Source: Candidatus Actinomarina sp.
Lineage (GTDB): Bacteria > Actinomycetota > Acidimicrobiia > Actinomarinales > Actinomarinaceae
Direction of reading: 5' to 3'
NCBI GenBank assembly: GCA_045563135.1
Contig: JBJKUL010000001.1
Span: 14,244 to 78,243 of the forward strand
DNA: 64,000 bases
Part shown: piece by piece, positions 47,120 through 57,469 of the stretch
Numbering within the stretch: the stretch's first letter is position 1
Layout: the number at the start of each line of letters is the position of its first letter
The notes under the pieces: generated by a model
What the model was told of the DNA's origin: nothing
Seen by the model: only the letters and a program-made list of their open reading frames with translations
Databases searched by the model: none
Position numbers and translations under genes: made by a program

Positions 47120-48573
47120 TGAGTTTCTCACGAACTGAACAATTAAGAAATTTAGAAAAGGAAGAAGTTTTTGACTTACTAGTGATAGGTGGAGGAGTTG
47201 TAGGTGCAGCTTCTATGGCGATGGCAAGTGCCGATAATCTAAATGTAATATTGTTAGAAAAGAATGATTTTGCTTCTGGAGCATCAAGCAGAAGTACAAA
47301 ACTACTACACGGTGGGATTAGATACTTGCCTCAACTTCAAATTGGTCTAGTAAGAGAAAGTTTGCAAGAACAAAAAGTACTTCAAAATCTTTTAGGTGGA
47401 TTGTATAAGCCATTGCAACTGCTAGCTCCAATGTATAAAAACGATGGTTTTGCTGACATGCCTAAAATTTTCCAAAATAACTTTATTGCACCAAAGGCAT
47501 TTAAGCTCGGATTATTTTTCTATGATTTTTTAGGATCAAGAAAAAAGAATAGAAGACATAAAAATGTATCTGTTGAAGAGACCTCTAAGATGTTTCCAAT
47601 TCTAAAAAGACATAATTTGAAAAAGAGTTTTATTTTTGAAGATGCTCAAACAGACGATGCAAAACTTGTCTTGACTCTTCTTAGAAATGGAGTCGAAGAA
47701 TACGGATCAACAGCAATTAATTATTTTGAAATTACAAATATAACAAAGAGCGAAAATATTTACCAAGTTGAATGTTTAGATAAAATTTCCTCAAAAACTT
47801 TTAAATTAGAAGTGAGAAAAATAATTGCCGCTACAGGTGTTCACAATTTGCCCGGAGAATATAATTCAAAATCATCAAAAATGACATATAGTGGAGGTGC
47901 TCATCTAATTCTTAAAGGAGATCCATTAAATCTACAAGGTAAAGCAGTTTTACTGCCTAAAACTGAAGATGACAGAATAATGTTTGTCTTACCATGGTTA
48001 GGAAACACTATTGTAGGGACGACAGATACAAAAACATTTTCAGGCACCTTAGATAGACCATTTGCTGACAACAATGACAAAGAGTTTCTATTAAAACATG
48101 TCAGAAAATATTTTGATATAGATAATCTTTCATATCTTTCTTCTTGGAGTGGAGTTAGAGCATTATTAGACAGTTCCTCTAGTAGTACTAAAAGCATATC
48201 TCGTGGCCATTTCATTAATGTTGTTGAGGACGGTTTTGTTCAAATAGCCGGTGGAAAGCTTACAGGGTTTAGAATCATTGCACAAGAAGCTCTCCAAAGA
48301 ATATTTAACAAAGATTTTGATTTAGAAAAGTTAAAATTCGTTGATGACATCATGAATTTATCTGAAACATATAAAGAAGATCAGTTTACTTTTACAGTTA
48401 AACATTATTGTGTTACAAAACCGACAGATTATCTTTTGAGAAGAACACACATTAGTTGGTTTAATGAAAATGGAGGAATTAAAAGCTTAAAAAAGATTAC
48501 AGATAAATTTTATTCAAATACCCAGTATGTAGAAAGCTATGCAGAGTTGGTAGAAGAAGGATTAATAGATTAG
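47119..48573 (+). CDS. glpD: FAD-dependent glycerol-3-phosphate dehydrogenase/oxidase
   Basis: IGGG..G, SGASSRSTKLLHGGIRYL, GTTD, WSGVR and GGKLT. Confidence 0.9.
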   Translation: MSFSRTEQLRNLEKEEVFDLLVIGGGVVGAASMAMASADNLNVILLEKNDFASGASSRSTKLLHGGIRYLPQLQIGLVRESLQEQKVLQNLLGGLYKPLQLLAPMYKNDGFADMPKIFQNNFIAPKAFKLGLFFYDFLGSRKKNRRHKNVSVEETSKMFPILKRHNLKKSFIFEDAQTDDAKLVLTLLRNGVEEYGSTAINYFEITNITKSENIYQVECLDKISSKTFKLEVRKIIAATGVHNLPGEYNSKSSKMTYSGGAHLILKGDPLNLQGKAVLLPKTEDDRIMFVLPWLGNTIVGTTDTKTFSGTLDRPFADNNDKEFLLKHVRKYFDIDNLSYLSSWSGVRALLDSSSSSTKSISRGHFINVVEDGFVQIAGGKLTGFRIIAQEALQRIFNKDFDLEKLKFVDDIMNLSETYKEDQFTFTVKHYCVTKPTDYLLRRTHISWFNENGGIKSLKKITDKFYSNTQYVESYAELVEEGLID

Positions 48574-48824
48574 TTATAGTTTGTAGTCATTAAAAAGCCT
48601 GCACCAATCATGCCCAGACCACCCCACAAATACCATCTTGACACCGATCCTGGAAGAATTGTTAGGTAGTTCAAAACAATCATTAGAACACCCAATATCA
48701 TTAAAGAGCTCATTGTTAATACAAACCACCTAGGTGAAGGTCCCTTATCCCCACTTAATTGAGTAGACATCTTTTTAGACTGAGTTGGTTTAGAGTTTTT
48801 TACTCTTTTTTTTGATACTGGCAT
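48570..48824 (-). CDS. crgA: Cell division protein CrgA
   Basis: MPVSKKR...PSPRWF and two TMs; lies near pknB. Confidence 0.9.
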   Translation of the reverse strand: MPVSKKRVKNSKPTQSKKMSTQLSGDKGPSPRWFVLTMSSLMILGVLMIVLNYLTILPGSVSRWYLWGGLGMIGAGFLMTTNYN

Positions 48825-48839
48825 ATTGAAAAGTGTAAA

Positions 48840-49679
48840 CTATTTATCATTTATTACAATATATTTATTTTTAGTAATTTTAATTAAGTTATCTTTTTCC
48901 AATGAGTCAAGAACTCTTAGAGTTATTTCGGAAGTGGCTTCTAACTCTTTTTGAATCACATTTTTTGTAACATTATCTTTAGATAACAAGATTTTCAATA
49001 CAACTCCTCTTTTTTGCCTAAAGGAACCTTCAAACTTGGGTTGTATCTGGCTATTTTTTGTAATAAATTTATTACAAGACTTCTCTAAAGGACAAATAAC
49101 ACATTTTGGATTTTTACTCCTACATACAGTTGCACCAAGATCCATTAGTGCTTGGTTAAAATCTCTTGATTCAAATCTATGCAGAAAAGTATCTTGATTC
49201 GCCTGCAAAAAGTTTTTAATATCTTTGTCTTTGATCTTAAAGAATCTTTGTAAAATTCTTTTAATATTTGTATCTACTGCAATAACTTTTTCACCATACG
49301 CAAAACTAAGCAGTGCAGAGTTCGTATAAGGACCTACACCTGGAAGAACTGTGAAATCAGGATATAGATTATCAAAGCCAGTTTTTGCTACAATTTTTGC
49401 AGTTTCATGTAATCTCATCGCCCTATTGTTATATCCCAATCCAGACCATAATTTCAATATCTGTTTTTTAGAATCATTTGCCATATGCTTTGGCGTAGGG
49501 TATTTATCAATAAATTGTTCGTAATAACGATTAGCTCTCTCCAGCTGTGTTTGTTGAGATAGAGTTTCAATTAAAAGAATTTTCCAAGGGTTATTGGTAT
49601 TTCTCCAAGAAAAAGATCTACGATTATTCGCATACCATTTCTTTAATTCTTTTTTAAAAATAGATATGTTAGTTGTCAA
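48840..49679 (-). CDS. mutY: A/G-specific adenine glycosylase
   Basis: WR...PW..L..E..SQQT, WSGLGY, LPGVGPYT, VDTN and four Fe-S cysteines. Confidence 0.92.
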   Translation of the reverse strand: MTTNISIFKKELKKWYANNRRSFSWRNTNNPWKILLIETLSQQTQLERANRYYEQFIDKYPTPKHMANDSKKQILKLWSGLGYNNRAMRLHETAKIVAKTGFDNLYPDFTVLPGVGPYTNSALLSFAYGEKVIAVDTNIKRILQRFFKIKDKDIKNFLQANQDTFLHRFESRDFNQALMDLGATVCRSKNPKCVICPLEKSCNKFITKNSQIQPKFEGSFRQKRGVVLKILLSKDNVTKNVIQKELEATSEITLRVLDSLEKDNLIKITKNKYIVINDK

Positions 49680-51438
49680 AGCTTAATTCTACAAAGCCTT
49701 CAGGATCCAGGAATTCACCTTCTTCAGGGCTTTGGCTTGTAACCCTTCCACCAGTATCACCACTAGCCGACGGCAATAGACCCAACTCTTGAAGAATGTT
49801 GGATGCTTCTTGGTAGGTGTAACCAATCAAATTAGGAACTTCGGCTTTCAAACCAAGAGAAACGATGACCGTAATTACCTCTTGAGGGGTTACTATTTCT
49901 CCAGCTCCAGGTGTTGTATGGGAGACGAGTCCTTCATTCACTTCTTCTGAATATTCCTCTACTAACTCATATTCAAACCCAAGTGTTTCTAATATTTGAG
50001 TAGCATCTTCAGGTGATTTTCTAGATAGGTCACTAATCTCTATTAAGCTTGGTCCAGAAGAAATCACCAGGTCCACATTTGATCCTGGGCTCATCTTTTT
50101 TCCAGCTACTGGATTTTGTGAAATTACAAAACCCCTCGGAATGTTGTCATCATTAACTTCTAGTTGTTGACCTATGGTAAATCCACTTTCCTCAATAACA
50201 TAAATAGCTCTATCTGTTTCAAGATCAATTACATAAGGTATTGGAAAAGCTTCCTGTCCAACAGATACGATGATTGTTACCAAAGTATCAGGATTTGTAA
50301 TAGTGTTTGCTAAAGGCTGGGTTCTAATAACTGCACCAGCTGGGACGGTAGGATGTGCAGCATTTTCAATTCCAACTTTGAATCCAAGGAGCTGAAGATC
50401 TGTTAAAGCTTGAGTTTGGCTACTGCCTGTCAAGTCAGGTATTTCAACTACTGTTGGGGAACCGCCATCAGCTGGTAGTCCAGTAAAAATTTGTGAAAGT
50501 CCCCAAACTGTTCCAAATACAAGACCTATTGATAAAATTAACGCAGGTAGAGTAAATCTAAACTTAATTTTTGGGTTTGTTAAGCTGACAAGATTTTCCT
50601 GAGTTTCTTGCATTTGTAACTGTTTTCTTTGCTGAAGAAGTACAGCTCTTAAGTCTTCAGCATTTTTATATCTATCTTTTGGATATTTGTGAAGTAATTT
50701 TAAGACTGCATTCTCAAGACCTCTAGGAATGTCTTTTCTATAAAGGTTTAATTTTTTTGGCTTTTCAGTCAAATGTTTTGTAGCTGTTGCTATCGGTGTT
50801 TCCGCTTCAAATGGAGGTCTACCTGCAATCAGTTCATACATAACGGTACCTAAAGAATATAAGTCAGATTCAACAGAAACAGGTTTTCCTTGGGCTTGTT
50901 CTGGGGAAATATAATTTGCCGTACCTAGTATTGAACCTGTCTTAGTAATATCACTATCTTCATTTTGAATTGAGACAATTCCAAAATCAGTGACTTTTAC
51001 CTTACCTCCTGGTGTAATCATTATATTTCCAGGTTTAATATCTCTGTGAACCAAACCTCGACTATGAGCAGCTTGAAGACCATCAGAAACCTGAGCACCA
51101 ATAAACAAGATGTCCCCTATGCTAATTGTTTTCTTTCTCGCAATTATTGAGGTAAGTGTATTTCCTTCTATATACTCCATCACAAAAAAAGGCTCATCCT
51201 CAATTCCCCAGTCAAAAATTTGAACAATATTTGGATGATTTAAATTAGCAACTGTTTGAGCTTCTCTTTTGAATCTTTCAACAAATGTTTCTTGTTGAAC
51301 ATAATTTGGCTTAAGTGTTTTAATTGCGACAGTTCTTTTTAATTGCATATCTTCAGCTTTATAGACAAAAGCCATGCCACCCTCACCAAGTAGTTCTAAA
51401 ATTTTATATCTATCTTTGATGATTTGGCCAATATTCAT
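49669..51438 (-). CDS. pknB: PASTA-domain Ser/Thr kinase
   Basis: GEGGMA, HRDIKP.N, DFG, YISPEQ, one TM and four PASTA repeats. Confidence 0.95.
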   Translation of the reverse strand: MNIGQIIKDRYKILELLGEGGMAFVYKAEDMQLKRTVAIKTLKPNYVQQETFVERFKREAQTVANLNHPNIVQIFDWGIEDEPFFVMEYIEGNTLTSIIARKKTISIGDILFIGAQVSDGLQAAHSRGLVHRDIKPGNIMITPGGKVKVTDFGIVSIQNEDSDITKTGSILGTANYISPEQAQGKPVSVESDLYSLGTVMYELIAGRPPFEAETPIATATKHLTEKPKKLNLYRKDIPRGLENAVLKLLHKYPKDRYKNAEDLRAVLLQQRKQLQMQETQENLVSLTNPKIKFRFTLPALILSIGLVFGTVWGLSQIFTGLPADGGSPTVVEIPDLTGSSQTQALTDLQLLGFKVGIENAAHPTVPAGAVIRTQPLANTITNPDTLVTIIVSVGQEAFPIPYVIDLETDRAIYVIEESGFTIGQQLEVNDDNIPRGFVISQNPVAGKKMSPGSNVDLVISSGPSLIEISDLSRKSPEDATQILETLGFEYELVEEYSEEVNEGLVSHTTPGAGEIVTPQEVITVIVSLGLKAEVPNLIGYTYQEASNILQELGLLPSASGDTGGRVTSQSPEEGEFLDPEGFVELSFDN

Positions 51439-52094
51439 TTTTCAAATATATTAATTATTACTGCAGATACATTGTCTTTAGGCTTTTGAATCAAAACCTC
51501 ACCAACTAATGTGTCAGCACTAATACCTTCCTGTAGCTTCTTTTTTAAGTACTCGTCACTAAATTCATTGTAAAGCCCGTCACTACAAAGCAGAACAACA
51601 TCCCCATTTTTTAATTGAAAATCTTGGTGTTCAATCTCCAGTTTTTCGTTTGACCCCAGAGCTTTTTCCAATATATTTTGAAATCCTGGGACATTATGAT
51701 CTTGTGTTAGTTGAATAAGCTTCCTATCGCTGAGAACATAACAACGAGTATCTCCAACATGACCAATTTCCATTAAACCATTTGGGCCTATTTGTATGGC
51801 AGTCATAGTAGTCCCCATACCACTTGATTCATTATTTTTTTCCTGATAGTTAATAATTTCAAGATTTGCTGCTGTGATAATATCTACTAAATTTTCTGAT
51901 TTAGATTTCATCTCCGATGCAGCAATACTACTTGCTAAATCACCGTTAACATGGCCACCTATTCCGTCACATACTGCAGCTCGGAAGGGAATATTGCCAC
52001 TTCCAGACTTATCTGGAAAAACAGTGTCTTCATTTTTTTTCCGATTTGGGCCACATTCAGTCCTAACGGACCAAACTAATCTAATTTTGTTCAT
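51435..52094 (-). CDS. PP2C phosphatase (soluble PstP/Stp1-like)
   Basis: NED, CDGIGGH, GMGTT, HVGD.R, LCSDGL and DNVS. Confidence 0.93.
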   Translation of the reverse strand: MNKIRLVWSVRTECGPNRKKNEDTVFPDKSGSGNIPFRAAVCDGIGGHVNGDLASSIAASEMKSKSENLVDIITAANLEIINYQEKNNESSGMGTTMTAIQIGPNGLMEIGHVGDTRCYVLSDRKLIQLTQDHNVPGFQNILEKALGSNEKLEIEHQDFQLKNGDVVLLCSDGLYNEFSDEYLKKKLQEGISADTLVGEVLIQKPKDNVSAVIINIFEK

Positions 52095-52158
52095 TCTGTA
52101 ATAATCTTAGTTGTGAAATATATTTGTTTTCTTAGACTATATAAAGAAGAAAATAAAT

Positions 52159-53148
52159 ATGAATGTAGCAACAAAAACAATTAGGACACTACTGCTTATG
52201 GGGGTAGTAATCACATTATCTTTTTTCGGGTTTAGCTATTATCAGAATTTCAACAATTCATCAGATTTAAACCAGTTTTTAGAAGATGCCTCAACAGTTT
52301 CTTTACTTCACAGTGAATCATCTAAAGAATTTGAGAAAGTCTTAAACTTTGATGAAATAAATCGTGATGAATTTGAGACAACCCTTTCTTCACTAGTCAA
52401 AGACTCCCAGGAGGCTTACAACTTGGTTCAAAATATAGGTGGAGAATTTGTTAGCACCGAAAAGGAGTTATTAAATATTGCAACCTCTTCGTGGCTTAAA
52501 GGTCTTGAGACATTTCAAATATCAATAATTACACTAATTGATAATCCAGATTCTTTGAAGATAGAGGAAGCGCTTGCACAGAGCATAATTGATTTATCAA
52601 TAGGAGATAAAGCCTACGAAGAATTTGTTCAAAAAATATCACAACGATCAAGAGAAGACAATCTGTTTTTACCTGTATTTTATCCAGTAAAATATACAGG
52701 CCTAGAAGGAAGTGCCTTTAATTTTGCTGATTTAATAGTAAAAAAAGCTAGAGATTCAGCAGAAGGCCTATTTTTAAGAAGAGATGTTGCAATTACAGGT
52801 GTTCAGTTTTTACCAAGCCCAATTGCAGTAACTGAAGATAACTATCGAGTGTTCTTAAAAGAACCCATAGGTATTCAAGTTGTAATAGCAAACGAAGGTA
52901 ATGTGGAGGAGTTTGATGTAATTTTGCTAGTTTTAGTGACAGATGAATTTGGTGATTCTGTTTTTGAAAAACGGGCTAAGATAAGTTCAATAGGTGCATT
53001 TCAAAGTAAAAGTTATTTCACAGATACAATTGAATTGGAACCAGGTATTTTATATGAGTGGTTTATTAAAATTGAAGAGATCGAAAACGAAGAGGAACTT
53101 AATGATAACCTGTTTACTATTTCAGGATTTATTCCCCCCGAGGAGTAG
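52159..53148 (+). CDS. Membrane-anchored protein: helical region plus Ig/CARDB-like C-terminus
   Basis: N-terminal TM; DVAITGV, V.IANEGN and E....DN pattern. Confidence 0.65.
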   Translation: MNVATKTIRTLLLMGVVITLSFFGFSYYQNFNNSSDLNQFLEDASTVSLLHSESSKEFEKVLNFDEINRDEFETTLSSLVKDSQEAYNLVQNIGGEFVSTEKELLNIATSSWLKGLETFQISIITLIDNPDSLKIEEALAQSIIDLSIGDKAYEEFVQKISQRSREDNLFLPVFYPVKYTGLEGSAFNFADLIVKKARDSAEGLFLRRDVAITGVQFLPSPIAVTEDNYRVFLKEPIGIQVVIANEGNVEEFDVILLVLVTDEFGDSVFEKRAKISSIGAFQSKSYFTDTIELEPGILYEWFIKIEEIENEEELNDNLFTISGFIPPEE

Positions 53149-53151
53149 CTT

Positions 53152-54408
53152 TTGTTAGACCCACAAATTCTGAGGAAGAATCTAGAGCTTCTTAAAGACA
53201 ACATAAATCGTAGAGGTCTTGATATAGACATTAATTTTTTAGTAGAGCAAGATGAAAAAAGAAGAAAAGTTAAATTTGAAGCCGAACAAGTAAGATCTGA
53301 ACAAAAAAGTATTGGTAAAGAAATTTCTCAAACAGAGGGATCTCAAAAAAAAGAATTACTTGAAAAAGCTTCTGAACTCAGTGAAAAAGTAAAGCTTCTA
53401 AATGAAAAATATGAAAAAGAAGATAAGTTATTTTTTGATCAATGGATAAAAATACCTAATTTAGTTGATGAGTCATCTCCTATGGGTTCAACTGATCAAG
53501 ATAACTTAGAAATAAAAAAAGTTGGGAAAATAAAAGAAATCAGCGATATAAAGAATCATTTAGAAATTGGAGAACAACTTAATTTAATCAATGTTGAGAA
53601 AGCAGCAGAAGTATCTGGTTCTAGGTTTTCATATATTTTTGGAGATTTAGTAAAAATTGAACTCAATTTAGTTTCATGGGTAATGGAAAAGCTTTCTGGA
53701 AAAGATTTTACTCCTACAGTACCACCAGTATTGGTACGAGAGGAGGCATTATTCGGTACAGGTTTTTTTCCTGATGATGCTGAGCAGGTATATGAAATAC
53801 CAAAAGACGATTTATACCTGGTGGGAACATCAGAAGTTCCACTTGCAGCACTGCACTCCAACGAAATATTAGACGTAGAATCTTTACCCCTCCGCTATGC
53901 CGGATTCTCAACATGCTTTAGAAGAGAAGCAGGTACTTATGGCAAAGATACCACAGGCATTTTTAGAGTTCATCAGTTTGATAAAGTTGAAATGTTTTCA
54001 TTTTGTAACCCTGAAAAATCAAAAGAAGAGCATGAATACTTGTTATCTGTTGAGGAGGAGATTCTTCAAGAACTCGAGATTCCTTACAGAGTTGTTGATG
54101 TTTGCACAGGTGACTTAGGTGCCTCAGCTGCAAAGAAATACGATATCGAAGCATGGATGCCAAGTCAGCAAAACTATAGAGAAGTAACTTCTTGCTCAAA
54201 TACAACAGACTTCCAGGCTCGAAGACTTAACATACGTACAAAAATTGATGGAAAGACTACAACCATGCATACTCTTAATGGAACCGCTCTTGCTGTAGGG
54301 AGAATCTTAATTGCCTTAATTGAAAACAATCAACAAGAAGACGGAAGGGTAGAGTTTTCAGATAATTTAGCAGAAATACTTGGAATAAAGATATTAAGCA
54401 AGAAGTAA
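53152..54408 (+). CDS. serS: Serine-tRNA ligase
   Basis: GTSEV, FRREAG, RVHQF.KVE, SCSN and HTLNGT. Confidence 0.98.
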   Translation: MLDPQILRKNLELLKDNINRRGLDIDINFLVEQDEKRRKVKFEAEQVRSEQKSIGKEISQTEGSQKKELLEKASELSEKVKLLNEKYEKEDKLFFDQWIKIPNLVDESSPMGSTDQDNLEIKKVGKIKEISDIKNHLEIGEQLNLINVEKAAEVSGSRFSYIFGDLVKIELNLVSWVMEKLSGKDFTPTVPPVLVREEALFGTGFFPDDAEQVYEIPKDDLYLVGTSEVPLAALHSNEILDVESLPLRYAGFSTCFRREAGTYGKDTTGIFRVHQFDKVEMFSFCNPEKSKEEHEYLLSVEEEILQELEIPYRVVDVCTGDLGASAAKKYDIEAWMPSQQNYREVTSCSNTTDFQARRLNIRTKIDGKTTTMHTLNGTALAVGRILIALIENNQQEDGRVEFSDNLAEILGIKILSKK

Positions 54409-54948
54409 ACTTGCAACCATACTAAGAGCAAGAAGAACGTAGACAACTCTTTCAAGTTTTTGATTTCCAATTAAAAAATTTTGGAGACTTTCACCTAAAT
54501 AAAGCCATGTCAAAACACAAGGACCACCAACAATTAAATAAATTAAGTTTGCTTGCAAGTGAGGTAATTGGAAAGCAGTAAGTCCAGAAACGGCCATAAC
54601 AACTCCTTTGGGGTTAACCCACTGAAAAAGTGCAGCTTGTAAAAATGTAAATGGTTTATCTTCATCATCATCATTTTTTTGAACAGAAGTTTTTGTCATT
54701 GCAACTTTGTAAGCGATATATAAAATTACTACATAACCAGCGTATTGAAGATACTGAAATACAAAATCAGGTACATAGGAAAGCAAATTCCCGCCAAGAA
54801 AAAATAAGAAATTAAAGCCTAGCCAAATACCAAAGAAATGAGGAAGTGACTTTTTTCTGCCAAATCTTATTCCTGAAGCCATTAGCATTGAATTATTAGG
54901 ACCTGGAGTAATAGAAGTTACAAATGCAAAAATACCAAACTCAATCAT
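54394..54948 (-). CDS. LysE/RhtB amino-acid exporter
   Basis: SITPGPNN and FQWVNPKG. Confidence 0.92.
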   Translation of the reverse strand: MIEFGIFAFVTSITPGPNNSMLMASGIRFGRKKSLPHFFGIWLGFNFLFFLGGNLLSYVPDFVFQYLQYAGYVVILYIAYKVAMTKTSVQKNDDDEDKPFTFLQAALFQWVNPKGVVMAVSGLTAFQLPHLQANLIYLIVGGPCVLTWLYLGESLQNFLIGNQKLERVVYVLLALSMVASLLLA

Positions 54949-54993
54949 TAGAAAAGTCTAGAGTATTTGATGTTTTATCAAGTTTATATTTAG

Positions 54994-55081
54994 CGGAGGG
55001 AGTGGGATTCGAACCCACGGAGCCAAAAAGACTCACAACATTTCGAATGTTGCGCACTAGGCCAGACTATGCGATCCCTCC
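54994..55081 (-). tRNA. tRNA-Ser(CGA)
   Basis: CAACA-TTCGAAA-TGTTG arm; long variable arm. Confidence 0.95.
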
Positions 55082-55099
55082 TAGAATAACTATAGGGAC

Positions 55100-55558
55100 A
55101 TGAAGTACAAATCAGATATAGAAAAAATGCGGGTTGCTCTTCAAGAAGCTTCTAACGCTTTAGCGTTAGACGAGGTTCCTATTGGTGCAGCTATCTTTGA
55201 TAAAGATCATAATTTGATTGCTTCAGCTCACAACAGAAGGGAGCTTGACCAAAATCCTGTATCTCATGCTGAAATCATAGTTATTCAAGAAGCTTCAAAA
55301 TTAATGAATACATGGCGATTGGAGGAAGCAACAATAGCTGTTACTGTCGAACCCGATGCAATGTGTGCAGGAGCTATAGTAAATGCAAGAATCAAGACTC
55401 TTCTTTATGGAGTTTCAAATATAAAAGCTGGTGCTGCTTATTCTTTATATAACATTCCCCAAGATCCGAGACTAAATCATTATGTTGAGATTAGGGAAAA
55501 TATTTTATCACATGAATCTGAAGTTATATTATCCTCTTTCTTTGAAAGTAAGAGATAA
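55100..55558 (+). CDS. tadA: tRNA adenosine(34) deaminase with PDxxC variant motif
   Basis: EVPIGA, N.RE...P..HAE, WRL, EPDAMCAGA and LNH; next to tRNA-Arg(ACG). Confidence 0.9.
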   Translation: MKYKSDIEKMRVALQEASNALALDEVPIGAAIFDKDHNLIASAHNRRELDQNPVSHAEIIVIQEASKLMNTWRLEEATIAVTVEPDAMCAGAIVNARIKTLLYGVSNIKAGAAYSLYNIPQDPRLNHYVEIRENILSHESEVILSSFFESKR

Positions 55559-55585
55559 GTAAACTAAGAACTTAGGTCTTCAACT

Positions 55586-55674
55586 GGAGGGATCGCATAG
55601 TCTGGCCTAGTGCGCACGCTTGGAAAGCGTGTAAGGGTTTATCCCCTTCGAGGGTTCGAATCCCTCTCCCTCCG
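55586..55674 (+). tRNA. tRNA-Ser(GGA)
   Basis: CACGC-TTGGAAA-GCGTG arm. Confidence 0.96.
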
Positions 55675-55696
55675 CGTAGAAGAACTATACCCTTTT

Positions 55697-55782
55697 GGAG
55701 GGATGGCCGAGCGGACGAAGGCGATAGTCTTGAAAACTATTGTATGTATTCCATACCGTGGGTTCGAATCCCACTCCCTCCG
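55697..55782 (+). tRNA. tRNA-Ser(TGA)
   Basis: ATAGT-CTTGAAA-ACTAT arm. Confidence 0.96.
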
Positions 55783-55789
55783 CAAGCCT

Positions 55790-55956
<167 letters not shown>

Positions 55957-55970
55957 CTTATTTTTATGAT

Positions 55971-56633
55971 TTAGTAATTAAAAAGTGGGTCTTCTAGGTT
56001 CCACCCGGGTTTGTTTCCCCAGGTATTTAAAAATGTAACATTTTCTATAGGTTCCCTTTTAGCAACTCCCCACTTACCCAAAGGATAACCCGCAGTTACA
56101 ACTGCATTAATTTGCCAACCCTTATCTGTTGGTATCCCTAAAGCATCAAAGGTTTTTTCTTGATTAAACATTCCAAGGACTGTTGTTAGACAAGTTCCCA
56201 CCCCATGCGCTCTTCCAGCTAACATTAAGTTCCAAATAGCTGGATAAATTGATGATCCGGTTGGATCGTTTCTAGATAAAATTACAAACTGTGCTGGTAC
56301 TTTATGAAAGTTTTCAGATAGCCAAGTAGCTGATTTACTAATTCTTACTACTTGATCAGCTTTTTTTTCATCCAAGACTTTTGAAGCACCCATATCTGGA
56401 TTATTTTCATAATATTCTTTAATATAAAAATCCCATGCTTCTCTGTAGAGATCTCCAAGTAAATTTTTTATCTTTGAATCTGTAATAACTAAAAATTTCC
56501 AACTCTGAGTATTAGCACCGCTTGGAGCACGAACAGCAGCATCGACCATCTGTTTTAAAATCTCATCAGATATAGGTTCTTCAGTAACTCGTCTCATAGC
56601 TCGAGTTGTATAGAGAGCTTCAAATACATCCAT
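55971..56633 (-). CDS. Nitroreductase family protein
   Basis: TTRAMRR, APSGANTQSWKF and NLMLAGRAHGVG. Confidence 0.92.
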   Translation of the reverse strand: MDVFEALYTTRAMRRVTEEPISDEILKQMVDAAVRAPSGANTQSWKFLVITDSKIKNLLGDLYREAWDFYIKEYYENNPDMGASKVLDEKKADQVVRISKSATWLSENFHKVPAQFVILSRNDPTGSSIYPAIWNLMLAGRAHGVGTCLTTVLGMFNQEKTFDALGIPTDKGWQINAVVTAGYPLGKWGVAKREPIENVTFLNTWGNKPGWNLEDPLFNY

Positions 56634-56659
56634 GGAAATATCTTACTAAGATTACATAT

Positions 56660-57469
56660 ATGGAACAGAAATTAATAAAAGAAATTCGTAATGAAGTTGC
56701 TTATATATGGATAAATAGACCAGAGAAGAAGAACGCAATGGATTTTGACGTATGGTTTGGTATTCCAGATTTAGTAAATGAAATAAATGAAAAAGAAGAA
56801 GCAAAATGTATTCTTTTGCTTGCCAAGGGAGATTCTTTCTCAGCTGGAATTGATATTGCAACTTTTATGGGTGATATGAACTTAAATGAAAATCTTTCAT
56901 CCACTGCTGAGGATAGAAGAAAGACGATGAAATTAATAGAAGATATGCAAGGATCTTTTACCACAATTGCAAATTCTAAAGTTCCAGTGATTGCCCTTGC
57001 ACATGGTTTCTGTATAGGGGGAGCAACTAGCATGGTTTCAGCATGTGACATTCGTTTATCTACAAAAGATGCAAAATTTTCAATAGGAGAAACAAAACTA
57101 GGGTTAGTCGCCGATGTAGGAGCTTTACAGAGAATGCCTAACATCATTTCAAAAGGAGACTTAAGAGAACTTGCATTCACCGGTCGACATTTTGATGGCC
57201 AGCATGCTGATAAGATACGTTTTGTTAATGCTGTTTATGATAGTGTTGAAGAACTTCACGAAGCAGGCATTAAGCTAGCAGAAGAAATTGCATCTAACTC
57301 AAGACATATTGTTGGAGGTACAAAAAATGTACTTGATAAAGGAGAAGATTTAACTACCGACCAGGCACTTGACTATGTTAGGTTGTGGAATACTTCTTAT
57401 CTAATTTCTGAAGAGTTAAAAGAAGGGGTAACGGCATTTTTTGAGAAAAGAGATCCAGACTTCAAGTAA
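56660..57469 (+). CDS. Enoyl-CoA hydratase/isomerase (crotonase family)
   Basis: NRPEKKNAM, FSAGID, HGFCIGG, CDIR and E..LG..AD.G. Confidence 0.92.
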   Translation: MEQKLIKEIRNEVAYIWINRPEKKNAMDFDVWFGIPDLVNEINEKEEAKCILLLAKGDSFSAGIDIATFMGDMNLNENLSSTAEDRRKTMKLIEDMQGSFTTIANSKVPVIALAHGFCIGGATSMVSACDIRLSTKDAKFSIGETKLGLVADVGALQRMPNIISKGDLRELAFTGRHFDGQHADKIRFVNAVYDSVEELHEAGIKLAEEIASNSRHIVGGTKNVLDKGEDLTTDQALDYVRLWNTSYLISEELKEGVTAFFEKRDPDFK

